A stretch of DNA of 64,000 bases from the NCBI GenBank assembly GCA_036918135.1, contig JBALDB010000056.1, positions 1-64,000 on the forward strand, in the 5' to 3' direction. Made by a program: the position numbers and the translations under genes. Below, one piece after another: positions 8,783 to 18,055 of the stretch. The DNA comes from Nostoc sp. Lineage in GTDB: Bacteria; Cyanobacteriota; Cyanobacteriia; Cyanobacteriales; Nostocaceae. Below the pieces are notes generated by a model, which was not told the DNA's origin, did not search any database, and saw only the letters and a list, made by a program, of their open reading frames with translations. Each line of letters begins with the position of its first letter. Within the stretch, counting starts at the first letter, position 1.

Positions 8783-11269
8783 TTATTGTAATAAATTAGC
8801 AATGGTTTGAATTAAGTGGGGCGGATCTATTGGCTTGCTAATATGGGCTTGAAAACCCGCTTCGAGCGCCTGCTGTTCGTTGCCTTCTCCAGCATACGCT
8901 GTCAGAGCGATCGCCAAAATTTCCCCTCCTTGTTCTGGACTCATTGACCTAATTTGTTGTAGCAACATATAACCATCCATTTCTGGCATTCCCACATCGC
9001 TGATTAATAAATCTGGTTTCGACTGTGGCAAAATTTTCAGCACCTCTGTTGCTGATGGCACAGCGATGACAGTGGCTCCACACTGTTGGAGTACGAAGCT
9101 AACTAACTCTAGGGAATCGGGATCGTCATCTACAGCTAAGATTTTCAGACCATCAAGAGTTGGAGTATTACTAGCAGTGGCATCGCTTTCTTTACTACTA
9201 TCAAGTGAATTGGTAAGTATCATCGGCAACTTGATAATAAAGGTTGCTCCCCGACCTTCTCCTAAACTTTCTGCAAAGACTGTTCCGCCATGCATTTCCA
9301 CTAAATAACGCACAATTGCTAATCCCAAACCTAAGCCGCCAAATTTTCTAGTGGTTGCACTATCAGCCTGACGGAAGGTGTCAAACACATAAGGCAGAAA
9401 ATCTGGGCTGATTCCTTTGCCTGTGTCTTTAACTCTGATTTGAACTTGAGAATCGATTTGCTCTAAATAAATTTCAACTTGTCCGCCTTCAGGAGTGAAT
9501 TTAATCGCGTTGGAGAGAAGATTCCAGACGATTTGTTGCAAGCGTCCGGGATCTCCAAATACTTGACCAACATCAGAATCGAGAGTGGAGTGAATTTGAA
9601 TCAATTTTGCTTCCGCTGATAGCCGTACTGTTTCGATTGCGGCTCGAATAATGGTTGCCAAATCAACTGGACAAACATTGAGACTGAGTTTACCTCGCAA
9701 AATGCGGGAAATATCCAGTAGGTCTTCAATGAGTTTAGTTTGTAATTTAGCATTTCGTTCAATGGTTTCCAAAGCAAAAGCAGTCTTTTTTTGGTCTAGC
9801 TTGTTGCTACGCAAAAGTTTTGCCCAACCCAAAATCGGATTTAAGGGAGTTCTAATTTCGTGAGAGAGAACAGCAAGAAACTCATCTTTAATTCGATTTG
9901 CATCTATTGCTTGTTGGTAAAGCCGAGCATTATCAATTGCTGTAGCTGCCCGCAGAGCCAAGGCTTGAGCCATATTTAAATTAGTTTGACTGTAGCGACG
10001 GTTTTCTTGGGTGGTAATCAAAGTAATCGTTCCTAGCTTGCGTAAGCCTCCACTGTAGGCATCGCCAGCCACTAGCGGCACAATTATATAAGATTGGATG
10101 TCGATTTGGCGCATCAACCGTTGGGTTTCTGTGTCCTGCATTGCTAGTAAAAAAGAATTGGCGGCTGCATCAGTAATTAATTCTGATTCGCCTGTTTGCA
10201 AAACCTTTCTCACACCAAAATCAGCTTCTGCTGAAGTGGAATAAAACCGTCTCAGTAGGAGGAAGAGTGCTTCTTTTTCAGGAGTCGTTGCTGCGACAAT
10301 CGGCTCCTCAAATACTGCCAAATTAGTCTCAACAATATCAATCAAACAGCAATCAGCTAAAATTGGAACTACCAAGTTTGCTAATTTTCTCAGAGTCGCG
10401 TGGTAATCGAGGGAAGATACCAGCAATTGACTGGCTTCTGAGAGCAAACTGTAATTTTGTTTTTCAATCTCAGCTTCCATACGGGCAGCTTGTTCGCTGA
10501 CGAGCAGTTGCTCTCGTTCTAACTCTACTCGTTTGCGATCGCTAATATCCTCTACTAAGCCATCAATGATAGCGTTACCATCGATTTCAGTGAAGGTTTT
10601 ACTTACACGCACCCAAATCAAACTACCATCAGCTCGTCGCAATTGGATTTCGCGATCGCGCACTTCACCATTTTCTCGCAGTTGATTAATTAGCTGAGCG
10701 TAATCTTCTGGCTGAAAACAAAGCTCAATGAACCGACTCGCTTGCTCTTGGGTTAAGGTTCCTAACCCAATCAAACGTAGGAATGCTGGGTTGCATTCCA
10801 ATAAAGAACCATCGAAAGTTGCTCGATAAATGCCAACATTTAAGTGGTTGAGTAGAGTTTCAAACCGAATTTCTAAATTTGCAGCTTTTTGGCGAGTTTT
10901 AGCTCGTTCTAGTGCCGAGCGCACTGCTGCTATCAAACGTACTTGGTGCTGCGGAGATTTGATTACATAGTCATCTAATCCAGACTTCATTGCCTCTACA
11001 GCAATCTCCTGAGTCCCGCTGTTGGTGAACATAATTACTGGGCAATTAGGATACCTAGCTTTAATTGCGTGTAGTACTTCTAAACCATTACTCCAGCGCA
11101 ATTGATAATCGCTGACAACCAAGTTAAATTGCCCCCTCTCCAATGCCTGAGCGAAGTCTTCTGCTGCAGCAACTTGTTCTACTTGCAGGTCAGAAAACTC
11201 ACGTTGCAATTGCCGAATTGCGAGGAGGCGATCGTTTGGATTGTCATCAATCAAGAGAATTCGTAACAT
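8783..11269 (-). CDS. Hybrid histidine kinase REC-PAS-GAF-HisKA-HATPase-REC
   Basis: N- and C-terminal receivers, SHEIRTPL H-box, NAIKF, DTGKGI, GGLGLGL. Confidence 0.92.
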   Translation of the reverse strand: MLRILLIDDNPNDRLLAIRQLQREFSDLQVEQVAAAEDFAQALERGQFNLVVSDYQLRWSNGLEVLHAIKARYPNCPVIMFTNSGTQEIAVEAMKSGLDDYVIKSPQHQVRLIAAVRSALERAKTRQKAANLEIRFETLLNHLNVGIYRATFDGSLLECNPAFLRLIGLGTLTQEQASRFIELCFQPEDYAQLINQLRENGEVRDREIQLRRADGSLIWVRVSKTFTEIDGNAIIDGLVEDISDRKRVELEREQLLVSEQAARMEAEIEKQNYSLLSEASQLLVSSLDYHATLRKLANLVVPILADCCLIDIVETNLAVFEEPIVAATTPEKEALFLLLRRFYSTSAEADFGVRKVLQTGESELITDAAANSFLLAMQDTETQRLMRQIDIQSYIIVPLVAGDAYSGGLRKLGTITLITTQENRRYSQTNLNMAQALALRAATAIDNARLYQQAIDANRIKDEFLAVLSHEIRTPLNPILGWAKLLRSNKLDQKKTAFALETIERNAKLQTKLIEDLLDISRILRGKLSLNVCPVDLATIIRAAIETVRLSAEAKLIQIHSTLDSDVGQVFGDPGRLQQIVWNLLSNAIKFTPEGGQVEIYLEQIDSQVQIRVKDTGKGISPDFLPYVFDTFRQADSATTRKFGGLGLGLAIVRYLVEMHGGTVFAESLGEGRGATFIIKLPMILTNSLDSSKESDATASNTPTLDGLKILAVDDDPDSLELVSFVLQQCGATVIAVPSATEVLKILPQSKPDLLISDVGMPEMDGYMLLQQIRSMSPEQGGEILAIALTAYAGEGNEQQALEAGFQAHISKPIDPPHLIQTIANLLQ
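10040..10065. mobile_element. 18-nt small dispersed repeat inserted into a HIP1 site (in frame)
   Basis: Minus strand GCGAT[GCCTACAGTGGAGGCTTA]CGC; adds AYSGGL to the GAF strand PLVAGD-RKLG. Confidence 0.8.
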
Positions 11270-11518
11270 TCCATTTGGCTACAAGTCCAATTGTTATCAA
11301 ATCATAAGCCTAAAAGTAGCTTAAAAGTACTCTAGATTTAGGAATGATTTCAGAAGACAAAGTAAAAGATATGATATTTGCTTGCGGCTATTTCGTACAA
11401 TAGTGATGAATTGCCTTTATCAACAGGTTATGATTATATTGGCTAAATTTGTAGCTTTTACCTAACACCTTAGCTAATTTATCTAAAATAAGTAGAATTA
11501 ATTTGGCTTAGCTGTCTT

Positions 11519-12130
11519 ATGAATTCCCGCCGCATTTTAAAAGCTGGTGAATCTTATACTTTCAGTAGATATTTTGAATTACCCTTTACTATTGATGATA
11601 TTTTACCAGAATTAAATTGTACGCTAGAAAGGATAAATTTAACTTTACCTGAATCTTTAGAAGTTTTCGATTTACAGTTTCTCCAGCAGCAGCTTCAGCG
11701 GAATTTATCTCATATTGATTTAGTTAATGAAACTACTAGGCGTGAAGCTTTAATTGGCCCAATTTTATTTGAGGTGTGTGATTTAACTAATCAGCGACTT
11801 AATATAGAATATTCTATTGCTATCAACGACTATCTCAAAGGGACTCTTAATTATTACATTGCAGCGCCTCAAAATTTATTAGTCATTGAAGCAAAACAAT
11901 CAGATTTAGTTAGAGGATTTACTCAACTTGCCATTGAATTAATTGCACTTGACGAATGGACTAAATCTACATCTGAACTTCTATATGGAGCAGTTACAAC
12001 TGGCGAAGACTGGCGTTTTGGAATTTATAATCGGGTAAATCGTCAGGTGACTCAAGACCAAAAACGCTATCAACTTCCACAAGATTTATCGCTGCTTGTA
12101 AAAATCCTTGTGGGGATTATTAATGGGTAA
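11519..12130 (+). CDS. Hypothetical protein with PD-(D/E)XK-like (HsdR N-terminal-like) fold
   Basis: NETTRRE...LNIEY...GTLNYY...VIEAK...YGAVTTGEDWRF pattern. Confidence 0.7.
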   Translation: MNSRRILKAGESYTFSRYFELPFTIDDILPELNCTLERINLTLPESLEVFDLQFLQQQLQRNLSHIDLVNETTRREALIGPILFEVCDLTNQRLNIEYSIAINDYLKGTLNYYIAAPQNLLVIEAKQSDLVRGFTQLAIELIALDEWTKSTSELLYGAVTTGEDWRFGIYNRVNRQVTQDQKRYQLPQDLSLLVKILVGIING

Positions 12131-12266
12131 AAATTTTCCAAAGGAGCGATCGCTCATATAATCGGTGGGTATTGGGTATGAGGGATGCAAAGAGCCAGAG
12201 GGGCACAGCAGAAAGACTGCTCCCACAGCTCCCCACTCTCTACTCCCCCAAAGTGAATTAATTCTT

Positions 12267-13220
12267 TCATACTTGCTTGCGATTACAATACAGTACCAAA
12301 AGTACAAATAATCCCATTCCTACTAAATATTTTATCGGATCGGGAATGCTAGGATTAGGCGAAAAAAAGCCTTCAATCGTACCTGCAATCATTAACATTG
12401 GTACAATCCCAAATACTAACTGCACTGCCTGATTACCATAAAATTTCAGTGCATCCCCTCGGCGATATTTACCAGGAAATAAAATTGCTCTTGCTAATAA
12501 AAATCCTGCACCTCCAGCAAAAAATATCGCCGGCAGTTCTAAGGAACCATGTGGAAATACGAATGCCCAAAAAGGATAAGCTAAATTATTTTGAGCAACT
12601 AAAGTACCAACAGCACCAATTAATAAACCATTAAATATCATTAAATAAGCTGTGTATACCCCAGCTGTAATCCCACCTGCAACTGCCCCAAAAGACACCG
12701 ACAAATTATTGATTGTAATACTGCTGGATGCCAAAGGTTCAACGCCAACAATTGACCCCATCCACAATTTATGCTCATCTCGTACCTTGGTAATCAAGTT
12801 TTCCGGTACAATCGAGGACATAAAGCTAGGATTTTGCCAGGAATACCACCAGGCTACTACTCCACCCAGTAAAAACAGCGCCGTTGCCACAGCGATATAT
12901 GCAAATGTTTTTTGGACTACAGATGGTAATCCCCAACGATAGAATTCTAAAACTGCCTGCCATTCCTGTCGCCGCGAACCTTGGTAAATCTGCGTATAAG
13001 CACGAGTTGTTAAAGATTGTAAACTTTGTATCAAAGTATTGCTGATTTGCTGGGTGCGGGCACGGGCTAAATCCGCCGTTACTGAACGATACAAACTAGC
13101 TAACTCTCTAATTTCGCCTGCCCGTAGAGACTTTAATCCTTTCTTTTCTACCTGCTTTAATAGGGCATTCAAACGCTGCCAATTCGGTTCTCGTCGTGCA
13201 ATCCAACGTTGAATATTCAT
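12267..13220 (-). CDS. SpoIIM-family (DUF95) membrane protein
   Basis: MNIQRWIARRE N-terminus, several TM helices, PHGSLELPAIF and IEGFFSP motifs. Confidence 0.85.
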   Translation of the reverse strand: MNIQRWIARREPNWQRLNALLKQVEKKGLKSLRAGEIRELASLYRSVTADLARARTQQISNTLIQSLQSLTTRAYTQIYQGSRRQEWQAVLEFYRWGLPSVVQKTFAYIAVATALFLLGGVVAWWYSWQNPSFMSSIVPENLITKVRDEHKLWMGSIVGVEPLASSSITINNLSVSFGAVAGGITAGVYTAYLMIFNGLLIGAVGTLVAQNNLAYPFWAFVFPHGSLELPAIFFAGGAGFLLARAILFPGKYRRGDALKFYGNQAVQLVFGIVPMLMIAGTIEGFFSPNPSIPDPIKYLVGMGLFVLLVLYCNRKQV

Positions 13221-13300
13221 GAATTTTAAGAACACTGACTTTAACTTAGCTTAAGATAGCCTCAAATTCAGATCCGTACTTTCAAGGGAAATTTGGTATT

Positions 13301-14146
13301 ATGTCTGAAAATTTTGGCTCTCCTGGTCGCATACAACCATTAACTATCGGTAACGTTGTCAGTGCTGCGGTGCGATTGTATCGTTCTCATCTCAAGACTT
13401 ATCTGAATTTAGCTGCGATCGCTCACTTGTGGATTTTAGTCCCAGTCTATGGCTGGGCAAAATATGCTGCGATTTCTGGATTAATTTCCCGTTTGGCTTT
13501 TAGAGAATTGGTTTACCAACCTGAAAGTGTCCAATCTGCTAGAACCCATGTTAATACACGTCTGTGGTCATTTTTGAGAGTTGCTTTCCAAGTAGGAATA
13601 TCTTTACTAATAATTTATTTTGGATTAGCGCTCGTTGGTGGTATTTTAGCTGGCTTGCTGGGCGTAGTATTAGGAAGGATATTAGGTAGTTCAGGCATTG
13701 TAGTTATAACCACATTGGCAGTTATTATAACGGTATTAATTGTACTATTAGGAATAAGCTGGTTTTACTCGCGTTGGGTAGTTGCTGAAGTTCCCCTAGC
13801 AGTTGAGGAAAATATTAATGGTGGCGAAAGTGTTGCCAGAAGTTGGGAGTTAACTAAAGCCTTAGTATTTCGGATTCAAGCTGTAGTTTTAGTTGCTTTT
13901 TTGGTGACATTCCCAATAGTATTTGTATTCAACTATATACCCAGCTTATTTCTCATAAAACTTGAGCCAGGCTCTACTACTTACTCAATTGTGTATCTTA
14001 TTTCTTGGATTGGTAGCTTAGTCGGTGGAGTTTTTGTGATGCCATTCTGGCAAGCACTCAAAGCTGTTTTATACTTGGACTTGTGTAGTCGGCGTGAAGG
14101 TTTGGGTTTGCAGCTACGACAACCTCCTTCTGAGGATTTTCGTTAA
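13301..14146 (+). CDS. Multi-pass membrane protein (DUF975/GDPD membrane-domain-like)
   Basis: PLTIGNVV N-terminus, SVARSWELTK, LYLDLxxRREG C-terminus; lies between the SpoIIM and RDD genes. Confidence 0.75.
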   Translation: MSENFGSPGRIQPLTIGNVVSAAVRLYRSHLKTYLNLAAIAHLWILVPVYGWAKYAAISGLISRLAFRELVYQPESVQSARTHVNTRLWSFLRVAFQVGISLLIIYFGLALVGGILAGLLGVVLGRILGSSGIVVITTLAVIITVLIVLLGISWFYSRWVVAEVPLAVEENINGGESVARSWELTKALVFRIQAVVLVAFLVTFPIVFVFNYIPSLFLIKLEPGSTTYSIVYLISWIGSLVGGVFVMPFWQALKAVLYLDLCSRREGLGLQLRQPPSEDFR

Positions 14147-14191
14147 CTCAATACCTGAATTCAACTTTATTAATTTTTCATTAGTTCGGAT

Positions 14192-14977
14192 ATGCGCTTT
14201 TTTAATCGCATCACATTCCAGACTCCAGAAAGTGTAGAACTGGAATTCACTTTAGCAGGAATCGGCAATCGAGCTTTAGCATTGCTGATTGACTATATAG
14301 TGTTGGGTGTAACTTTGTCTGTGCTTTTTTCGACCTGGGCTTTCTTTTCAATACAACTGTCCAATTTTCTCGAAGGTTTGATTACAAATACTCAAAATAT
14401 AGGACTTTGGCTATTAGCAATTTTCTTCATTATCGCCTTTGCAATTTATATCGGCTATTTCGTATTTTTTGAAACTTTATGGTTTGGACAAACCCCTGGT
14501 AAACGTATTGCTAAAATTCGCGTAGTTCGAGATGATGGTAAACTCATTGGGCTACAACAAGCAACATTACGTGCTTTATTACGACCCTTTGATGAAACTT
14601 TCTTTATTGGCGCTTTTTTAATTATGTTAGGTAGCCGAGAAAAGCGCTTGGGTGATTTAGCTGCTGGTACAATTGTGATTCAAGCCGAACCAAACACTGG
14701 ATCGACAACATTCACAATTTCAGACCAAGCACAAATACTCCACAAGGAGTTACTACAAATTGCCAATTTATCCCAATTGTTACCTGATGACTTTGCTGTG
14801 ATTCGTGAATATTTGCAACGACGTGGTGCAATGTCATTAAAAGCTAGAGCATCACTATCTTTAAAGTTAGCTGAGCAAGTTAAATCTATTATTAATTTAG
14901 AACAGTTACCATCAACTGAGACACCAGATGTATTTTTAGAAGCTATTTACCTTGTTTATCAACAGCAAGATTTTTAA
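14192..14977 (+). CDS. RDD family protein
   Basis: AGIGNRALALLID, GQTPGKR and KRLGDLAAGTIV motifs. Confidence 0.9.
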   Translation: MRFFNRITFQTPESVELEFTLAGIGNRALALLIDYIVLGVTLSVLFSTWAFFSIQLSNFLEGLITNTQNIGLWLLAIFFIIAFAIYIGYFVFFETLWFGQTPGKRIAKIRVVRDDGKLIGLQQATLRALLRPFDETFFIGAFLIMLGSREKRLGDLAAGTIVIQAEPNTGSTTFTISDQAQILHKELLQIANLSQLLPDDFAVIREYLQRRGAMSLKARASLSLKLAEQVKSIINLEQLPSTETPDVFLEAIYLVYQQQDF

Positions 14978-15341
14978 ATGGTAAACACTTAGGGAACTGC
15001 AAGAAATAAAAACAACTACTTGAAGTTGTGACTGATGACTGTTGAGTATCAGCAGAGAGGTATTTTTTATTTGTCAGTGCCGTTAGTTACCATAGTCTTA
15101 AACTAGAACAGTAGAAGTAATCCCTCCAACTCCTGTAAATTTTAGGTTTTTGGAGGGATAGTCAAATGTTGCAGCAAAAAGTGAATTTGATATTAGTTAA
15201 CAACTATTAGATTAATTTTTGGTTAATTAAAGGTTAAATATAGGTTATATCGATGATGGTTGCTGCTTTAGCGGAACTGCGATCGCCAACTCACTACCTT
15301 GTTCTAGTGCTAAAATATACCTAGAGCTAATTACTATAATA

Positions 15342-16643
15342 TTAACCAAAACTTTGAACAACGTACATGTCATTTCCTGTATCGCTGGTTAAAAACAAGC
15401 CACCATCATCACTTTCTATATTTTGACTACCAGCAATACTCTTTTGTAGAACTTGAATAAGTCTTTGGGGAGTGAAAGATTCCAATTCTACAAACTTTCC
15501 AGATTCCAAAAATTGGACTTCTTCAGCAGATAAGTTTTGACGAATTTCTGTTGCTAGTTTTATAGCTGCTTGCGCCGATTCTGGAGAGGATTGAATGAAC
15601 ATTCCTCGCTTAGCAGCAATAATTTGACGTGGTGTTAGTCCAATATCAATAATTACAATATTACTATCTTGAAACCATTTAGGACTAGTGCGTAGATGAT
15701 GAACTAAACCGATTCCCTGGGGACTACAATCATGAAACGCATAGACTTTTAAATCAGGATTGCGACGTAGCATTTGCATCATAGTTTCAAAAATCCTTTG
15801 AGGATAACCAGTGATGCTCAAAATTGCACAGTTATTTTCAAAATGGAAATTATTAGCGATTAATAGTTGAGCAATAGTAGTGCGATCGCAAACGACTAAT
15901 CTATCGAAACTGTAAGCAGTAACATCAGGATTAAATGTGGCGATGGTATTATCTTCGCGTGGGTAAGGAAGAATTTTTGTAATTAAACCATTTATTTGTC
16001 GCCACCGATTTACCCAATTTTCAAAATCGTTTTCAGCAAATAAAAATTCCTGTATTGATAGTTTGGGATTTTGTAGCTGTTGAGTTCCCAAATATATCGA
16101 TACCATTCCCATAAGCACACTCAAGGTAAAGGCATAGAATGAACTTATAACTAATATACTGGTATAAATTCCCCCACTGAGAATGAGAATTCCAATAATT
16201 TGTAAGACTCTGGCATTAGCTCTGCGATTTTTAGGGCTAAGTTTACTAGAATCGCTATTTTTAAAAATATTGAAAATATAAAATGAGTTAAAAATAAATA
16301 ATGCTAAGACAATAATTTCTTGATTTACACTAGTGAAATTAGCCGAAGCAAAAGCTATTATCAAACTCAAAAATAAATAGCTGAATAACGAGCTAAATAT
16401 TGAAAAAACAGATTTACTACCAAGACGTAAATTTAAAAAATAAAAAAGCTGTTTAGGGGTAAAAAATAAAGTATTATTAGCAGAAATATCAGATAAAACT
16501 TTAGCAAACATCGGGTCAGTAATTTTAACTTTACCCATACTAGTCGGTTCAAAAGCAAACGGATGATTGCATTTTATACACCGACCTTGATTAGCTATCC
16601 TATCTTTTAATTTATTATCAGTTCCACATTGAATACACTTCAT
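15342..16643 (-). CDS. Membrane protein: N-terminal Zn ribbon, 4 TM, C-terminal degenerate Spo11/TopoVI-A-like TOPRIM domain
   Basis: CxxC...CxxC at the N-terminus; hydrophobic segments; LVVCD...ITGYP...VYAFHDCSPQGI...IGLTP...VELESF. Confidence 0.7.
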   Translation of the reverse strand: MKCIQCGTDNKLKDRIANQGRCIKCNHPFAFEPTSMGKVKITDPMFAKVLSDISANNTLFFTPKQLFYFLNLRLGSKSVFSIFSSLFSYLFLSLIIAFASANFTSVNQEIIVLALFIFNSFYIFNIFKNSDSSKLSPKNRRANARVLQIIGILILSGGIYTSILVISSFYAFTLSVLMGMVSIYLGTQQLQNPKLSIQEFLFAENDFENWVNRWRQINGLITKILPYPREDNTIATFNPDVTAYSFDRLVVCDRTTIAQLLIANNFHFENNCAILSITGYPQRIFETMMQMLRRNPDLKVYAFHDCSPQGIGLVHHLRTSPKWFQDSNIVIIDIGLTPRQIIAAKRGMFIQSSPESAQAAIKLATEIRQNLSAEEVQFLESGKFVELESFTPQRLIQVLQKSIAGSQNIESDDGGLFLTSDTGNDMYVVQSFG

Positions 16644-16672
16644 AAGTTTGATTAAATATTAATAGTAAACCT

Positions 16673-18019
16673 TTAGTTATCCGGCACCTGATTTGCCAGC
16701 AGAACATTGTAGTCTTCTCGTTGACGAATTAGGCGGTGTCTGCCATTTTCTAACAAGACTTCCGCAGGTTTAGGGCGGTGTAAAAAGTGAGATGACATTG
16801 CATAGCCATAAGCACCCACATCTAAAATGGCAATAACATCACCAATTTTTAATGCTGGGAGTTGGCAATTTTTTCCTAAATAATCTCTGGAGTAAGTTGT
16901 GTTCCCACAAACATCAGTTGTAAATAGGGAGTGGGTAGAGACGCGACGCCAGTCGCTACAACGGGGGGAACCCCCGCAACGCGCTGGCTCATTAATCGCG
17001 TCTGTACAAGAATGGGGGGAGTAGGAAATAGAGAGTTGTTTTTTCCAGGTGAGGATTTCTCGGTAGCCACCGTGTACTGAAGGTACTGAAAGATTAGCAA
17101 CGGTGGTATCAACTCCGAGAATTTGTTTGTCTGCTTGCCATTTTACAGAAACAACTTGAGCAAGCAAAGTTGCACATCCAGCGATCGCAGCTCGTCCCGG
17201 TTCAATTACCAAATCAATTTTTCTTTCTAAACGCCGAATTCTTTGGCTTAACTCAGTTCCAAATATTTCCCAGTCAAACCCTACTTTATTGTGATGATAA
17301 GGGTAGCCAAAGCCACCACCAAAATCTAGATATTCCCAATCTGGTAACAGTTGTGCTGTAGCAATCACCTTATCAATCACCTCGGTGAAAGCTGCTGTAG
17401 CATTAGTTCCTGTCCCCCGATAAAAGTGTAAACCACTCAGCTTCAGTCCAACCTCACCAGTTAAAGCGATCGCCTCACCAAATTCCTCAGGACGCACACC
17501 AATGCGGCTATCTCCCGTAATTTCTGGCAAATTCAAGCGTAAACCCAAGTGGGGAGGCAGGGGGGCAGGGGTGTAGAGGGAAGTTTTAGAGTCAGCCAAG
17601 ACTTGGCAACACAACTGTAATTGATCCAAACTATCTAAATTGAGAGTTGTGACTCCCCAATTGAGAACTTGGATCATCTCAGCGCGGTTTAAATTGCTAC
17701 CACTGTAAACAATCTCATTGGAGTTAAAACCTGCTTGCAAACCTAGATAAACATCTCCTGGCGTATTGGCGTGGAGTCCCCACCCAGCCGAGCGAAAAAT
17801 TTTTAACAGTGCAATGTTACCATTAGTCACGCTAGCAAAGCGAAATAGCGTCTGAGGATAGCTGACAGCTTGAGTAATAGATTTAATAGTTTGGCGTAAG
17901 CGATCGCCATCATAAACATAAAGCGGAGAACCGTAATTACTCAGTAACTCCTGCGTCTGTTCCCAAGAAAATGGGGGACTAAAAGAATTTTGAAACTCAT
18001 AAAATTTCTTGCTCTCCAT
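16673..18019 (-). CDS. Diaminopimelate/ornithine decarboxylase-fold protein with atypical active site
   Basis: YGSPLYVYD, SRIGV, LDFGGGFG, EPGR and GAYGYAMSS motifs; YAxKAN is replaced by FASVTN. Confidence 0.85.
   Translation of the reverse strand: MESKKFYEFQNSFSPPFSWEQTQELLSNYGSPLYVYDGDRLRQTIKSITQAVSYPQTLFRFASVTNGNIALLKIFRSAGWGLHANTPGDVYLGLQAGFNSNEIVYSGSNLNRAEMIQVLNWGVTTLNLDSLDQLQLCCQVLADSKTSLYTPAPLPPHLGLRLNLPEITGDSRIGVRPEEFGEAIALTGEVGLKLSGLHFYRGTGTNATAAFTEVIDKVIATAQLLPDWEYLDFGGGFGYPYHHNKVGFDWEIFGTELSQRIRRLERKIDLVIEPGRAAIAGCATLLAQVVSVKWQADKQILGVDTTVANLSVPSVHGGYREILTWKKQLSISYSPHSCTDAINEPARCGGSPRCSDWRRVSTHSLFTTDVCGNTTYSRDYLGKNCQLPALKIGDVIAILDVGAYGYAMSSHFLHRPKPAEVLLENGRHRLIRQREDYNVLLANQVPDN
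16935..17007. mobile_element. Nested small dispersed repeat inserted in frame in the LysA-like gene
   Basis: 28-nt palindrome GTAGAGACGCG|ATTAATCGCGTCTGTAC split by a 45-nt hairpin (16946-16990). Confidence 0.88.
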
Positions 18020-18055
18020 AACTTCAAGTGAGTTGTTCGGTGTATCAATTATGAA

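Noticed and set aside
12267..14977. SpoIIM/RDD cluster as a new system
   Set aside because: A widespread, recognised gene neighbourhood; nothing unusual here beyond the absence of the MoxR-type partners from this window.
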